64,000 nt of DNA from Candidatus Altimarinota bacterium. Lineage in GTDB: Bacteria; Patescibacteriota; Gracilibacteria; 1-14-2-50-48-13. Below the pieces are notes generated by a model. The model saw nothing but the letters and a program-made list of their open reading frames with translations. It did no database searches and was not told the origin of the DNA. Location of the stretch: NCBI GenBank assembly GCA_046314355.1, contig JBKBWQ010000001.1, positions 1,440,001 to 1,504,000 of the forward strand, read 5' to 3'. Numbering within the stretch: the first letter of the stretch is position 1; every line of letters begins with the position of its first letter. This document shows positions 19,357-29,322 of this stretch, piece after piece. Made by a program: the position numbers and the translations under genes.

Positions 19357-20055
19357 ATGAATAATCAAATAGATAAGCTTCACGTATATAGAACTGACTT
19401 AAATGCCAAAGAGCCTATAGAAAAAAATAAGCCTTACACAAAAGCACCGCTTGAGATTGCAGTCCTAGGTCATTTTAAAAAAGCACTTCAGCCGGAGAGG
19501 CTTTTTGTATCAAAGGAAAATCCTCTTGATTATGGTGTAATGCCTTATGCTCCAAATGTAGACGTACATCCTCTAGAGACAGCTGAAGCAGCGGCGAGAT
19601 ACCATAGAGAAGGATTTCCTGTGTTTGTAGAGAATACTTACAAGGAAGATTTTGAAAAAGCTTTAGATGACATGACACCTCAACATCAGAATATTGAAGA
19701 TAAAATCTCAGAATTGGGTCATACAGACGATCTAGGAATAGATCTTGCACGCCGGGCAGTACAAAAAGATCCTTCTTTATCTCAGGTTCTGCATTCTTCA
19801 AAGGACGCAATAAAAGTGAAGGACGTGATATATTTTGATATGGATCAGGAAGCTCAAAGTATTGATGATGTCCTAGAAGCAGCCTCTGAGCGGGTACTCA
19901 ATCTCTTAAAAAAGGAAAATAGTCTTACTCTTGAAAATATGCTTATCCCAAAGCCTAAATTTGTATCTATGAAGGAGAAGCGTGAAATGCATGATGAAAA
20001 AAAACTTTCTCACAAGTTTGTAAAATGGGTAAAAAAAACCTTTAAAAAAGCTTAG
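19357..20055 (+). CDS. Hypothetical protein with basic amphipathic C-terminus
   Basis: ORF ends KKLSHKFVKWVKKTFKKA; start is 19357 (TT-ATG) or 19330. Confidence 0.7.
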   Translation: MNNQIDKLHVYRTDLNAKEPIEKNKPYTKAPLEIAVLGHFKKALQPERLFVSKENPLDYGVMPYAPNVDVHPLETAEAAARYHREGFPVFVENTYKEDFEKALDDMTPQHQNIEDKISELGHTDDLGIDLARRAVQKDPSLSQVLHSSKDAIKVKDVIYFDMDQEAQSIDDVLEAASERVLNLLKKENSLTLENMLIPKPKFVSMKEKREMHDEKKLSHKFVKWVKKTFKKA

Positions 20056-20065
20056 TACGAAGTCT

Positions 20066-20458
20066 CTATGACTTATAATGACGCGGCAGGATAAGTTGCC
20101 TATCCATCGGATTATCCTGCTTTGCCAGTTCCACAAAAAGCCTATCTGTATAGGAGGTTCTTATATAGTTGAGCTCTTCCAGATTAAAGGATGCCGGTAG
20201 TCTTTTTTGGATGTGAAGTTTTTCTATACGCCTCTTAGCGTCTGCTTCTATCGCATGATAGAGTGTCGGATCTAGAAGTACTGCGTAATGAATATGCTTA
20301 GGATCAATGATTTGCGTAATAGAATTGTGTGTAGCTCTAATTAATAACCCAAAAAAGTAATGTACTTCATTTTCAGGAATGCTTGCAATTAGATCAGGTA
20401 TCTCTGAAATATCGGGAATTTTATACGCGAAGAGTTGAGGAGCGAAGGAAGATTTCAT
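20066..20458 (-). CDS. Hypothetical protein
   Basis: 130-aa ORF; upstream TTGCGG-17-TACTGT. Confidence 0.6.
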   Translation of the reverse strand: MKSSFAPQLFAYKIPDISEIPDLIASIPENEVHYFFGLLIRATHNSITQIIDPKHIHYAVLLDPTLYHAIEADAKRRIEKLHIQKRLPASFNLEELNYIRTSYTDRLFVELAKQDNPMDRQLILPRHYKS

Positions 20459-20564
20459 TTTGAAGCGATTATGACGCTTCTACAGTAGATTTATGTAGCT
20501 GCTCCCGCAAGTAAATTCATCAAATATTATAGACAAATAAATGAAATAAGGTGACTTAAGGTTT

Positions 20565-21353
20565 TTATCCTCCTTCGTATCTTCTAAGACCGAAATGCCA
20601 AATCAAGGAACTGATACTTAAAAAACATACATAAAATAGTACGTAAAAGAACACATATTGCAGAGTAAGTTCATCTTTAAAAACTCTATAAAGCGGATCT
20701 GAGACCATAAAATATGGAATGCAAAAAGTGAATAATATACCGATCCATGAGGGAAAAAGATCCTTTGGATATTGAACGAGGTCGGAAAAATTACCGGCAG
20801 TTTTGTAGAATCCCCAGAAACCCTTTAAGTAGAAAAGCACAGATATACAGATCACATAAGTGGCATGTAAAAGTATCCAGCTGCTGATAATAAGTACAAA
20901 AGAGAAAGGGAAGAACCATAATGATACTTTTGGTATTCCTATAAAAAAGAAGAGACAAACAAGTACAGCCTGTATAAAGAACATCGGCATAAAACTATTT
21001 ACAAATAGTTTAGGAAGCTGAAGAATGATAGCTGTATGAAAAGGCTTGATGAGCTGGAGATCAATATTTCCTTGCTCAATGTCCTTTCCTAATCGCTGCA
21101 GATTCCCCCAGCTATAAAGGAAGAAGAGAGCAATAGAACACTGTGAAATAAAGAAGACTGTATAAAACTGCTGGAAGGTGTATCCGCTTAAAACGTTCTT
21201 TCCAGAGGTGAAGAGAAAATAGAAAAATGCCAGCTGCATAAAGGTATACACGACACTTCCGATGCCGGATGCGAAGATATCCTGAGGATACTGCATCCAT
21301 GTCAGGAAGGACATTTTTGTGATACGCCTGAAATAGAGAAATAGCTTTTTCAT
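20565..21353 (-). CDS. ABC-2 family transporter permease (DUF990-like), paralog 4
   Basis: 6 TM, GNIDLQLIKP, QYPKDLFP, W.FGLRRYEG. Confidence 0.85.
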   Translation of the reverse strand: MKKLFLYFRRITKMSFLTWMQYPQDIFASGIGSVVYTFMQLAFFYFLFTSGKNVLSGYTFQQFYTVFFISQCSIALFFLYSWGNLQRLGKDIEQGNIDLQLIKPFHTAIILQLPKLFVNSFMPMFFIQAVLVCLFFFIGIPKVSLWFFPFSFVLIISSWILLHATYVICISVLFYLKGFWGFYKTAGNFSDLVQYPKDLFPSWIGILFTFCIPYFMVSDPLYRVFKDELTLQYVFFYVLFYVCFLSISSLIWHFGLRRYEGG

Positions 21354-21421
21354 AAACACAAAAGAATATAGATCATATAGTATAGATATTTTTACGGATG
21401 GGAATACAAGACTACGAAAAA

Positions 21422-21449
21422 TTGACTAATGTAAATCTCAGAGTATTAT
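21422..21449 (+). promoter_or_regulatory. Putative sigma70 promoter
   Basis: TTGACT-16-TATTAT; the -10 overlaps the track's ATG at 21448, favouring a start at 21475. Confidence 0.55.
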
Positions 21450-21474
21450 GCACAAAATTTATAACAGTGATGAT

Positions 21475-22074
21475 ATGCAGGAATCGGGTGAATACTATAA
21501 TAAGAAAGATGAAACTGAAATACAGGCGATACCAGCTAAAAAGGAGATTGATCTGTTAAAGAAGAAAATTGCAAAAAAAACTCAGGAGCTCATACATATG
21601 CAGAAACAGCTCGCTGAACTTGAAGAGAAGCTATACTATAGTGAGAGTGAATTTTTGGAAAGAATAGATGAAAGAATGGGGATTTTATCAGGAAGCGTAT
21701 TTGAATGGACTAATAAAGATTATTTTGCTCAAAAAGGATTCAGCTTTACTCAGCTTTGTGTTTTCTTTGATATAAAATGGGAGAATACCTTTGTGGATAT
21801 ACTGAACAAGATTCATAGTAAAGTAAAAGAAAGATCTCTCACTATGGAGCAGACTGTACTGCTGTTCATGGATCTCTGGGTACATATAAAGAATACACCT
21901 CTGACCGAAGTACCTGAAAAACTTGCAAAAAATATTGCTGTATTTACTGCTGATTTTTTCAGAGCAGATCGCAAGAAACTCTCAGAGGAACTGAGTATTC
22001 CTGAGTTAGTGTTGGAAAGAGTGAAGAAAACTGTGAAGAGAAATTTTAAGGATGGGTTTGAAAAAAAGATCTAG
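21475..22074 (+). CDS. Hypothetical coiled-coil protein inserted within the ABC permease cluster
   Basis: Opposite strand to the flanking permeases; N-terminal heptad pattern. Confidence 0.7.
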   Translation: MQESGEYYNKKDETEIQAIPAKKEIDLLKKKIAKKTQELIHMQKQLAELEEKLYYSESEFLERIDERMGILSGSVFEWTNKDYFAQKGFSFTQLCVFFDIKWENTFVDILNKIHSKVKERSLTMEQTVLLFMDLWVHIKNTPLTEVPEKLAKNIAVFTADFFRADRKKLSEELSIPELVLERVKKTVKRNFKDGFEKKI

Positions 22075-22098
22075 ATTAGAAAATTTTTAATGAAAAAT

Positions 22099-22887
22099 CT
22101 AATTGGCTGATTCATAAGCATTTTTTCCTTCAGTCCAAAAGTACCATGCAATCAATATCCACAAAAAAGTTATTACAAATGCCGTAATCACATGTGTAAA
22201 TGAGTATTCATTTTTTAGAATCAGATACACTGGATTTACCAGGAGAAAAATAGGAAGGATATAGGTAAATATAAATCTCATCATCGCTGGGTAAACTGCT
22301 GCAGGATAATATGTGGTTTGATCAATCGTATCATAAAGTACATTTCCCATATCAAGGTTTGCAAATCTAAATGAAAGACTCTCTGCTGCGATGAAAAGCG
22401 CATAATAAAGTATAAGTGAAGTGGCCAGTACATAAAGAATTTGAAAAACCTGTAGGATACTCAAGGTTAATTTACCAAAATAGAGAACACAGATAAGAAT
22501 AATGATTCTGACAAAAATCTGGAGAAATCTTTTGATATAAAATTTTTGTCCGATGACTGCGATAGAGAAAGGCAGCGGTTTTAAAAGAAACATATCAATA
22601 TGTCCGCTGTTAATCTGTCTCACTATAAGCCCTGCGCCGATAGCACTGAGAGAAGTAAACATCCATGTGAGGGCAGCAAGAGATGATACAAATACGAATT
22701 CAACAAAGGTAAATCCCGCGATCCTTTCCAGATTGCCGGCGGCGAAAAGAAAGTAGATTCCTAAAAGCTCTGATGCGAGAAAGACAGGCATCATGATAAC
22801 AAACCAGATGAAATCCATCCGGTAAGCTGCATTAAGCAGAAATGACATATGAAGTGTACGGCTGAGATAACGGAGTATCTTTTTCAT
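22099..22887 (-). CDS. ABC-2 family transporter permease (DUF990-like), paralog 3
   Basis: GHIDMFLLKP, YYPAAVYP, W.EG..AYESAN. Confidence 0.88.
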   Translation of the reverse strand: MKKILRYLSRTLHMSFLLNAAYRMDFIWFVIMMPVFLASELLGIYFLFAAGNLERIAGFTFVEFVFVSSLAALTWMFTSLSAIGAGLIVRQINSGHIDMFLLKPLPFSIAVIGQKFYIKRFLQIFVRIIILICVLYFGKLTLSILQVFQILYVLATSLILYYALFIAAESLSFRFANLDMGNVLYDTIDQTTYYPAAVYPAMMRFIFTYILPIFLLVNPVYLILKNEYSFTHVITAFVITFLWILIAWYFWTEGKNAYESAN

Positions 22888-22888
22888 A

Positions 22889-23671
22889 TTAGTTTGCAGA
22901 GGAATAATGACGTAGTCCCTGATTCCAAATATATAAAGAAATCAGAAGTGTAGCTATCGTCATAAACAGCTGCAGAAGTACGTCATTGAATGTATATGTA
23001 TGTCTTAAAAGTGAAAAGACAGGAGTTGCTACAAAGAAAATCGGAAAAAATATCCACTGAAACACTTCAGGATAGATATCTTTTGGATATCTGCAAATCT
23101 GAGATGCCTGATCTTTAAACCAGTTTGGACCTTTGAGAAATCCCTCAAAGTAAAAGCAGCAGGAACTAAACATAAGGTTCAGAGAAGACATGATAATGCA
23201 GGAGCTTATAAATATTCCCAACAGTGCCATCCATTCGAGGATAGTGAAAGAATTGTAGTACCATGTAAGTCCTATAAGTAGTATCGCTGAATAGAACATA
23301 TCACGCGCTGAGGTGGGGTAGATTTCCTGGAGTAAGATATTCCATACTGATGAGCACGGACGGATCAGTTTGTTATCCAGCTGTCCTCGATGGATCTGCA
23401 GTACCAGTTCAGGTGAGTTGTAAAAAAATATTCCTAAAAAATAGAAACATGTCTGGAAAAGGAGAAATGCAATGAGTGTATCCGAAAAAGTTGCTCCTGT
23501 AATAGTAGAACCTTCAGGCAGCACTAGGTATGCAAAATATATGACCCCGATACCTGAGAGGGCATATGCAATTCTTGTGAGTGAATTTATAAATGCATTT
23601 ATGGGATAGGCATATAATTTCATATATGTCATTTTGTAGACTCTGTGAAGATAGCGGAGTGTTTTTTTCAT
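22889..23671 (-). CDS. ABC-2 family transporter permease (DUF990-like), paralog 2
   Basis: GQLDNKLIRP, RYPKDIYP, WNQGLRHYSSAN. Confidence 0.88.
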   Translation of the reverse strand: MKKTLRYLHRVYKMTYMKLYAYPINAFINSLTRIAYALSGIGVIYFAYLVLPEGSTITGATFSDTLIAFLLFQTCFYFLGIFFYNSPELVLQIHRGQLDNKLIRPCSSVWNILLQEIYPTSARDMFYSAILLIGLTWYYNSFTILEWMALLGIFISSCIIMSSLNLMFSSCCFYFEGFLKGPNWFKDQASQICRYPKDIYPEVFQWIFFPIFFVATPVFSLLRHTYTFNDVLLQLFMTIATLLISLYIWNQGLRHYSSAN

Positions 23672-23672
23672 G

Positions 23673-24464
23673 TTAATTTCCAACTAATTCAAGCCTCTTC
23701 AACCCCTTATTCCACACAAAAACTAAAACAACATATAGTACCATTAGCCACATACCCTGCACACAGAAGTGAAATACAAGATCCATCCCGTGTATTTTCC
23801 CAAGATAGATAGACGCTGGCAGATTAAAGAGTGATACAAAAGGAGTAAGATTAATGACATTTCTGATAATTGGAGGGAGAAACTGAACTGGGATGAGCTT
23901 TCCTGCGAGAAGCATTACGATAAAGTTGAAAGCCCAGATAATATTTCCAGTCTCCACAGTCCAGAACGCAACACTGCCAAAAAGTGTAAAAAGAAAAAGA
24001 GACATAAAGATGGCAATAATCGTCATCAATACTGCTAATCCAAAATGCATCAAACTTGCCGGTCCCACAAAGAAATTTACAAAGACGATCAGCAGGATAA
24101 CGGGAATGACGAAAATGAAGAAAGTATTCACTGACCTTGCTAATGTCCGCGCAAAATAAATGTAGAGACTCTTTACTGGCAGCAAGAGATAGTTTGCAAT
24201 CTTTCCGTCTCTTACTTCATCTCTGATCTCGTTAAAGGTCTTTGCTTCAAGAAGGTTTCTAAGAAGCTCTGTCAGAAGGAAATAAGTAAGAAGTTCATTA
24301 AATGTAAACCCCTGGATATTTCCGGACTGTGCATACACTGCTTTCCAGAGATAAACGATCACAAAGAACCCAAGTGCACGGGAGAAAATCTCAAACATAA
24401 AGTTGGCACGGTATGCGAGTACTGCTTGAGCTGCATTACTAAATATTCGTTTATATTTTTTCAT
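23673..24464 (-). CDS. ABC-2 family transporter permease, paralog 1
   Basis: AYRANF, YLWKAVY, DGKIANYLLLP, LLAGKLIP..FLP. Confidence 0.88.
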   Translation of the reverse strand: MKKYKRIFSNAAQAVLAYRANFMFEIFSRALGFFVIVYLWKAVYAQSGNIQGFTFNELLTYFLLTELLRNLLEAKTFNEIRDEVRDGKIANYLLLPVKSLYIYFARTLARSVNTFFIFVIPVILLIVFVNFFVGPASLMHFGLAVLMTIIAIFMSLFLFTLFGSVAFWTVETGNIIWAFNFIVMLLAGKLIPVQFLPPIIRNVINLTPFVSLFNLPASIYLGKIHGMDLVFHFCVQGMWLMVLYVVLVFVWNKGLKRLELVGN

Positions 24465-25443
24465 GCTTTTTCGCATTAGTAAATATGTCAGCTACGACTT
24501 CACTTGCCTCCATTTCTTTTACGGAAATATCTGCAAGTGTAAAACTACTTACTGCCTTTGCTAGAATCTCTGAAGCTTTTTCCCGAGGTACTGAAAGAAT
24601 TACTCCTGTGTCAGACCATGATTTTACATATCCCAATTCCTCCACTTCTTTCTTTGGTATATCACCGTCAAAGGTAAGCTCTATAAGCTTGTCCTGTACA
24701 TATTCTTTTACAAGATCATTATAAGATCCATCATAAATCTTTTCTCCTTCGTTGATGATAATTACTCGTGGACAGAGCTGCTTGATATCCTCCATATAAT
24801 GACTCGTGAGGATGATGGTTGCTTTCTTTTCCTTATTATATTTCTGCAGAAAATCTCTCATATTTCTCTGACTATTTACGTCGAGACCAATGGTAGGTTC
24901 ATCCAGAAATACTACTTTAGGATCATGAAGAAGAGCTGCGATCAGCTCACATTTCATACGCTGTCCAAGAGATAGTTTTCGTACAGGTACATCTAGGATA
25001 TCTCCTGCATCAAGTGTTTCAGAAAGGTATTTGAGATTCTTTTGAAATCTTTCCTCTTCTATCTCATAAATATCCTGATTAAGTCTAAAGGTCTCTATGG
25101 GAGGCAGATCCCACCAAAGCTGGGATTTTTGTCCCATCACCATAGCAATCTGCATCTTATATTCTTCCTTTCGCTTCCAAGGTATAAAGCCTAATACGGA
25201 TGCTTCTCCTGCAGTAGGATAAAGAATACCTGAGAGCATTTTCAGAGTAGTGGTTTTTCCAGCCCCATTTGGTCCTAGGAATCCTACGAATTCTCCTTCC
25301 TCAATATCAAAGGAAACATCTTTGACTGCGTGCTTATAGATTTTTTCTCTTTTAAACAGAGATTTGAGAGATGCTTTAAAACCTTCTGCCTTTTTCGTCA
25401 GTTCAAAGGTCTTGGAAAGACCGGACACATGGATAAGTGACAT
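24451..25443 (-). CDS. ABC transporter ATP-binding protein (ABC-2/DrrA-like exporter)
   Basis: GPNGAGKTT, LSLGQRM, FLDEPTIGLD, TSH. Confidence 0.95.
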   Translation of the reverse strand: MSLIHVSGLSKTFELTKKAEGFKASLKSLFKREKIYKHAVKDVSFDIEEGEFVGFLGPNGAGKTTTLKMLSGILYPTAGEASVLGFIPWKRKEEYKMQIAMVMGQKSQLWWDLPPIETFRLNQDIYEIEEERFQKNLKYLSETLDAGDILDVPVRKLSLGQRMKCELIAALLHDPKVVFLDEPTIGLDVNSQRNMRDFLQKYNKEKKATIILTSHYMEDIKQLCPRVIIINEGEKIYDGSYNDLVKEYVQDKLIELTFDGDIPKKEVEELGYVKSWSDTGVILSVPREKASEILAKAVSSFTLADISVKEMEASEVVADIFTNAKKHEKI

Positions 25444-25557
25444 AGTTTTTTGGGGTAAATTAGAGAAAGTATAACAGGAAATGAAGCAGAGAAAAGAGAA
25501 AATGCAGTATAAACCATAATTATATTAATATGTCTATCGACTTCTAGAACTCGATTC

Positions 25558-25585
25558 TTGACTTTATCTTATTCTCTTATAGTTT
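25558..25585 (+). promoter_or_regulatory. Putative sigma70 promoter
   Basis: TTGACT-16-TAGTTT, 26 nt upstream of ATG 25612. Confidence 0.55.
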
Positions 25586-25611
25586 TGGTCAGCATTATTT
25601 TATGAATATAT

Positions 25612-27360
25612 ATGGAGGATAATAACAAGATCGTATCGTTTACAGGAAAAAACAAGCCCCTCTCAAATGATCTACAGTGTAAAGAAGCAGAACTACTTGG
25701 AGGAAAGTTTGCGGATGAGATCAAAGAGACATTAGAGATGATAGAAAACAGCGGGATTGTGGAACAGGATGATACTCTTACGAGAGCTTTGACAAGCGGT
25801 GAGAGTACATTGCAGAGAAAACTTCGTGCTGCTGTTCCTGATCACACTGCGAGGTATACTGAACATACTCAAGGGTTCGATAAAGAGATCCAGGCATTAT
25901 TTGAAGACTATTTAGTAAATCGAAATTTTGAGGGGTTAGCTGTCTCAGAACATGCTCTGCAGAGAACAAAACAAGGTGATATGTTTCCACTTCACTTGGT
26001 GCTTTCAAAAAAAAACTCGAATGATATAGAATTTGCTGAAGTGGTGACCCAGCTTCAAGAGATAGATGAACAGATCATAGCAGGAAATAGTGTGCCAATG
26101 TCTGAGGAAAATGCTGCTCTCTATTGGTACGGTATATTCTCGTTTTTGTTTACCATGGCAAAGGATAAGAGATTCGCAAACCATGGAACTGCTGCGATGT
26201 ACTTTCAGAGAATCGCTGTTCTCCGACGTGACCCTGATGTCCTAGATGCATTAAAAAATATTGTGGAACAGGATCGGGATATTCAGAAAAAAACCTCTGA
26301 GTTATTTAAGGAACATGCTCGAAGTATTGAACTGCCGCTTAATCTTGAGAAAGAAAAGATGTATCAAACATTTAAGAATAGTTCTCTGCATGCTTTTCAA
26401 CTTCTCTTTACTACCCTCGTTGGGTGTGGCGTATTGAAAGCAGAAGCTCTCTCTCAATTTTTACTGCAGGTAAAGGATGTAAAAAGCTCTCCGGTATTTA
26501 TGCAGAGTGCAGATAAGATCACGGAAGTACTGCATACATTATTTCAGCAGGCAGAAGTAGACGTAGAAAAAAGACAAGCAATTGCAGATCAAACAAAGGT
26601 GCTTGAAATACAAACTCCGCAGGAAATAAATCTAAAAAACGAAGTATACTTGCGGATTCATAGTGCTGCAGAAAAAAATAAAAATCTGATGAAAGGGATT
26701 ATAAAAGATAATTATGAAGACTTTATTAATAGTTATAAAGAGAACAGTATTAAGTTTCCAGACTACTGGCAGGAGGCAAAAATTCTTGAGAAAGAACATC
26801 AGCTTGTGGATAATAAAATCAGTACTGTAACGGAAATTCAGAGAATGAAAACTAACCTCTGGGAGGAAAAGCTAAAAGAATTCCTGAAAAATTTTGAATT
26901 TAATGGCAGAGAAAAAAATAACCTAAGCTTTTTGATTGCGATGGGAGAGAAGATGAATGTATTAGAGCAGACTTATGGACATCCTCCTGAGAGAAAGAAA
27001 AATTTTGAAGAATTTAATAAGCAGAAAATCGTTTCAAGTATCTGTAGTGCTGTAAGTGAGATATTTGGGAATGTGGTATATGATGAATCGAATAAAGGCT
27101 TTGCTCTTCAGCCTTGGGAACAAGTCGTGCGAACTATGAATATATGGAATTTATTAAAGCAGATTGCGAAAAGCTGGGGGTATACTGATGATTTAGAAAG
27201 TACTTTTAACCGTGCTCTACAGCCAAACTTTGTTGCTAGGCAGTATCAAGGGAGAACAATAAATATAACTGAATTGGAAAAGGCATATAACGGGGAAGTG
27301 GAAAGACTAGAGAATGTAAAAAAAGCACCTAAAAAGAAAAAAGGATTTTTTAAGAGATAA
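25612..27360 (+). CDS. Large helical hypothetical protein with KKKKGFFKR C-terminus
   Basis: 582-aa ORF, E/K/Q rich, no signal peptide. Confidence 0.75.
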   Translation: MEDNNKIVSFTGKNKPLSNDLQCKEAELLGGKFADEIKETLEMIENSGIVEQDDTLTRALTSGESTLQRKLRAAVPDHTARYTEHTQGFDKEIQALFEDYLVNRNFEGLAVSEHALQRTKQGDMFPLHLVLSKKNSNDIEFAEVVTQLQEIDEQIIAGNSVPMSEENAALYWYGIFSFLFTMAKDKRFANHGTAAMYFQRIAVLRRDPDVLDALKNIVEQDRDIQKKTSELFKEHARSIELPLNLEKEKMYQTFKNSSLHAFQLLFTTLVGCGVLKAEALSQFLLQVKDVKSSPVFMQSADKITEVLHTLFQQAEVDVEKRQAIADQTKVLEIQTPQEINLKNEVYLRIHSAAEKNKNLMKGIIKDNYEDFINSYKENSIKFPDYWQEAKILEKEHQLVDNKISTVTEIQRMKTNLWEEKLKEFLKNFEFNGREKNNLSFLIAMGEKMNVLEQTYGHPPERKKNFEEFNKQKIVSSICSAVSEIFGNVVYDESNKGFALQPWEQVVRTMNIWNLLKQIAKSWGYTDDLESTFNRALQPNFVARQYQGRTINITELEKAYNGEVERLENVKKAPKKKKGFFKR

Positions 27361-27365
27361 TTTCT

Positions 27366-28103
27366 ATGACTTATTATAAAGAAAATACTATATTGGCCGC
27401 AAATGCTGGAAATAATGCATTTTCTTATGATGACCGGGAAAAAATAATAGGCAGAAAGCCATCACTTATTGTCCCGTCTATCATGAATGGCACGATAAAT
27501 GATGTATGTGTTGGTGAAGATATTGTTTTTGAAGAAGTAGAGGAGGGAATTTTGAAATCCTGTAGAGGCTTGCGAAAATTTGTAAGAATTAAGGATAAGG
27601 AGCAGGATGGGGGAAGAGAAATCATTATCTTCGACAACCACAACCACGCATACTATTTTTGGGCTGAGGCTAGAAGTAGAGGACTGATAAGAGACGGCGC
27701 GACGCTTATCCATATCGATCAGCATAAGGACATGAGAGACCCAGAAATTTACCAAAAAAATGAAGATCTCAATGACCTGGGAAAAGTCGCAACTTATACA
27801 AATGAGGTCCTCAATGTGGGTAACTTTATTATTCCTGCCCGGGAAGCCGGTATGATAAAAGATATTTTTCTCCTGGATGCGGAGCAGCACTTTGATCAGG
27901 ATTTTTCTCAGATCTCAGGAAATCTTATCGTAGATATTGACCTAGATATGTTTGCTCCAGAGCTTGATTTTATGGATCAGAAAATGATCTTGGAAAAGAC
28001 GAGAGAATTGGTAGCAAAGGCGAGCTTTGTGACGATGGCGACTAGTCCGTTTTTTATAGAGCAGGAGGAGGCGATAGAGTGGGCGAGAAAGATATTTTTA
28101 TAA
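27366..28103 (+). CDS. UPF0489 family protein (arginase/deacetylase-like metal motifs)
   Basis: FDNHNHAYYFW, LIHIDQHKD, NVGNFI, VDIDLD.F, ATSP.F. Confidence 0.85.
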   Translation: MTYYKENTILAANAGNNAFSYDDREKIIGRKPSLIVPSIMNGTINDVCVGEDIVFEEVEEGILKSCRGLRKFVRIKDKEQDGGREIIIFDNHNHAYYFWAEARSRGLIRDGATLIHIDQHKDMRDPEIYQKNEDLNDLGKVATYTNEVLNVGNFIIPAREAGMIKDIFLLDAEQHFDQDFSQISGNLIVDIDLDMFAPELDFMDQKMILEKTRELVAKASFVTMATSPFFIEQEEAIEWARKIFL

Positions 28104-29189
28104 ATCCTGATACCAGTGATCAAGCTCATTCTGCTTTAGTATATAGGAGAGAAAGTATGCTGCTTTTTCACGCGTCAGTGCTATGTCCCGATTGATGTGA
28201 GTATAAGGAATGATAAGGGAAGAGAAGTAAAGTGCCTCTTTGAAATCTTCATTTAGAGAATGAAACCATTCTAGGTAAAGCTGCCCATTGGGAATGTAAA
28301 ATGGTGAGGCTTCTGAATTTGTTTCTGCATCTGAGTCTTCTGACTGAATCTTTATGATCAGCATATTGAAAACTAGTTTTAGAAATTCCTGGTCAGATAT
28401 ATTAGCACTAGGTTCAAACATCGTAGGTGATCTTCCTTTAATGAGGTTATGTTCTTTCGCATAAACCACATAACCCTGGTACCATTCATGGATACTTACA
28501 TCTTTGAAGTATGCATAGGTGTAGGTCGGATGTTGGACTTTAAAATTAGTCGCATGGTTTTCCCAGTTTTCTTTTGGGAAAAAAGTACGCAGTAGTAATG
28601 CTAATGCTTCAGCTCGTGGAATATATGCACCAGGTACGTATGCTTCCGGAGTTCTTCCTTTGATGATTTGTTTGTCATAGAGATATTCAATACTATCTCT
28701 ATAGCCGCTAAATTCTATATCTGTAAAAGAAGATGCACTATCTTGATGGGAATGTGGAGGAATGTAAGCTGTATTGCTAAAAGCATTTGGATGATTCTTT
28801 GAGAAATATTCAAGATATATAGTCCCTCCTTTTTCTCTCAGATCACGGTGGATACCTGTATTGAAAAGTAATAATCCGGAACCGCTCGCAGTATTGAAGA
28901 TTGAGCCAGTACAGTCTTTATAGATATTGCATATTTTTTCTTCTCCTACAGCTTTTTTCTGACGAATATTTTCTGATGATAAGACTTCTCCAGTATAAAA
29001 ACGAATACTATATGAAAGATCTGGAAGTGGAGCTGACCAGGTAAAAACATCATCTTTAAAACGTTCCTGAATATGCTGAAAATCTGTAATTGCATAATCT
29101 TTGCTTTCTAGAGCATAAACGTGAGTTTGTAGATGCACGAAAACTAGTACCGAAAAAAATACTGTGAGAGCAAGGAAAGATTTTCTCAT
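28098..29189 (-). CDS. Secreted SLH-domain protein
   Basis: Signal peptide; FTDI..., IIKG...RAEALALL, FKDV...WY..YV. Confidence 0.85.
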   Translation of the reverse strand: MRKSFLALTVFFSVLVFVHLQTHVYALESKDYAITDFQHIQERFKDDVFTWSAPLPDLSYSIRFYTGEVLSSENIRQKKAVGEEKICNIYKDCTGSIFNTASGSGLLLFNTGIHRDLREKGGTIYLEYFSKNHPNAFSNTAYIPPHSHQDSASSFTDIEFSGYRDSIEYLYDKQIIKGRTPEAYVPGAYIPRAEALALLLRTFFPKENWENHATNFKVQHPTYTYAYFKDVSIHEWYQGYVVYAKEHNLIKGRSPTMFEPSANISDQEFLKLVFNMLIIKIQSEDSDAETNSEASPFYIPNGQLYLEWFHSLNEDFKEALYFSSLIIPYTHINRDIALTREKAAYFLSYILKQNELDHWYQDL

Positions 29190-29322
29190 CTGAGGGTGTA
29201 AGAAATATGTAACTAAAATATATGGTTGAGACGACTTCTTTTCAAGAGTTTATTTTTGCTATCAATACTTTTACTAAAAATATGCTATACTAACTATAGA
29301 TTCATATCTTTCCTCCATTACT

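Noticed and set aside
25542-25549. TTCTAGAA palindrome upstream of -35 boxes (also 52756, variant at 41260)
   Set aside because: Short, AT-rich and at inconsistent distances (8, 14 and 6 bp) from the -35; likely chance.
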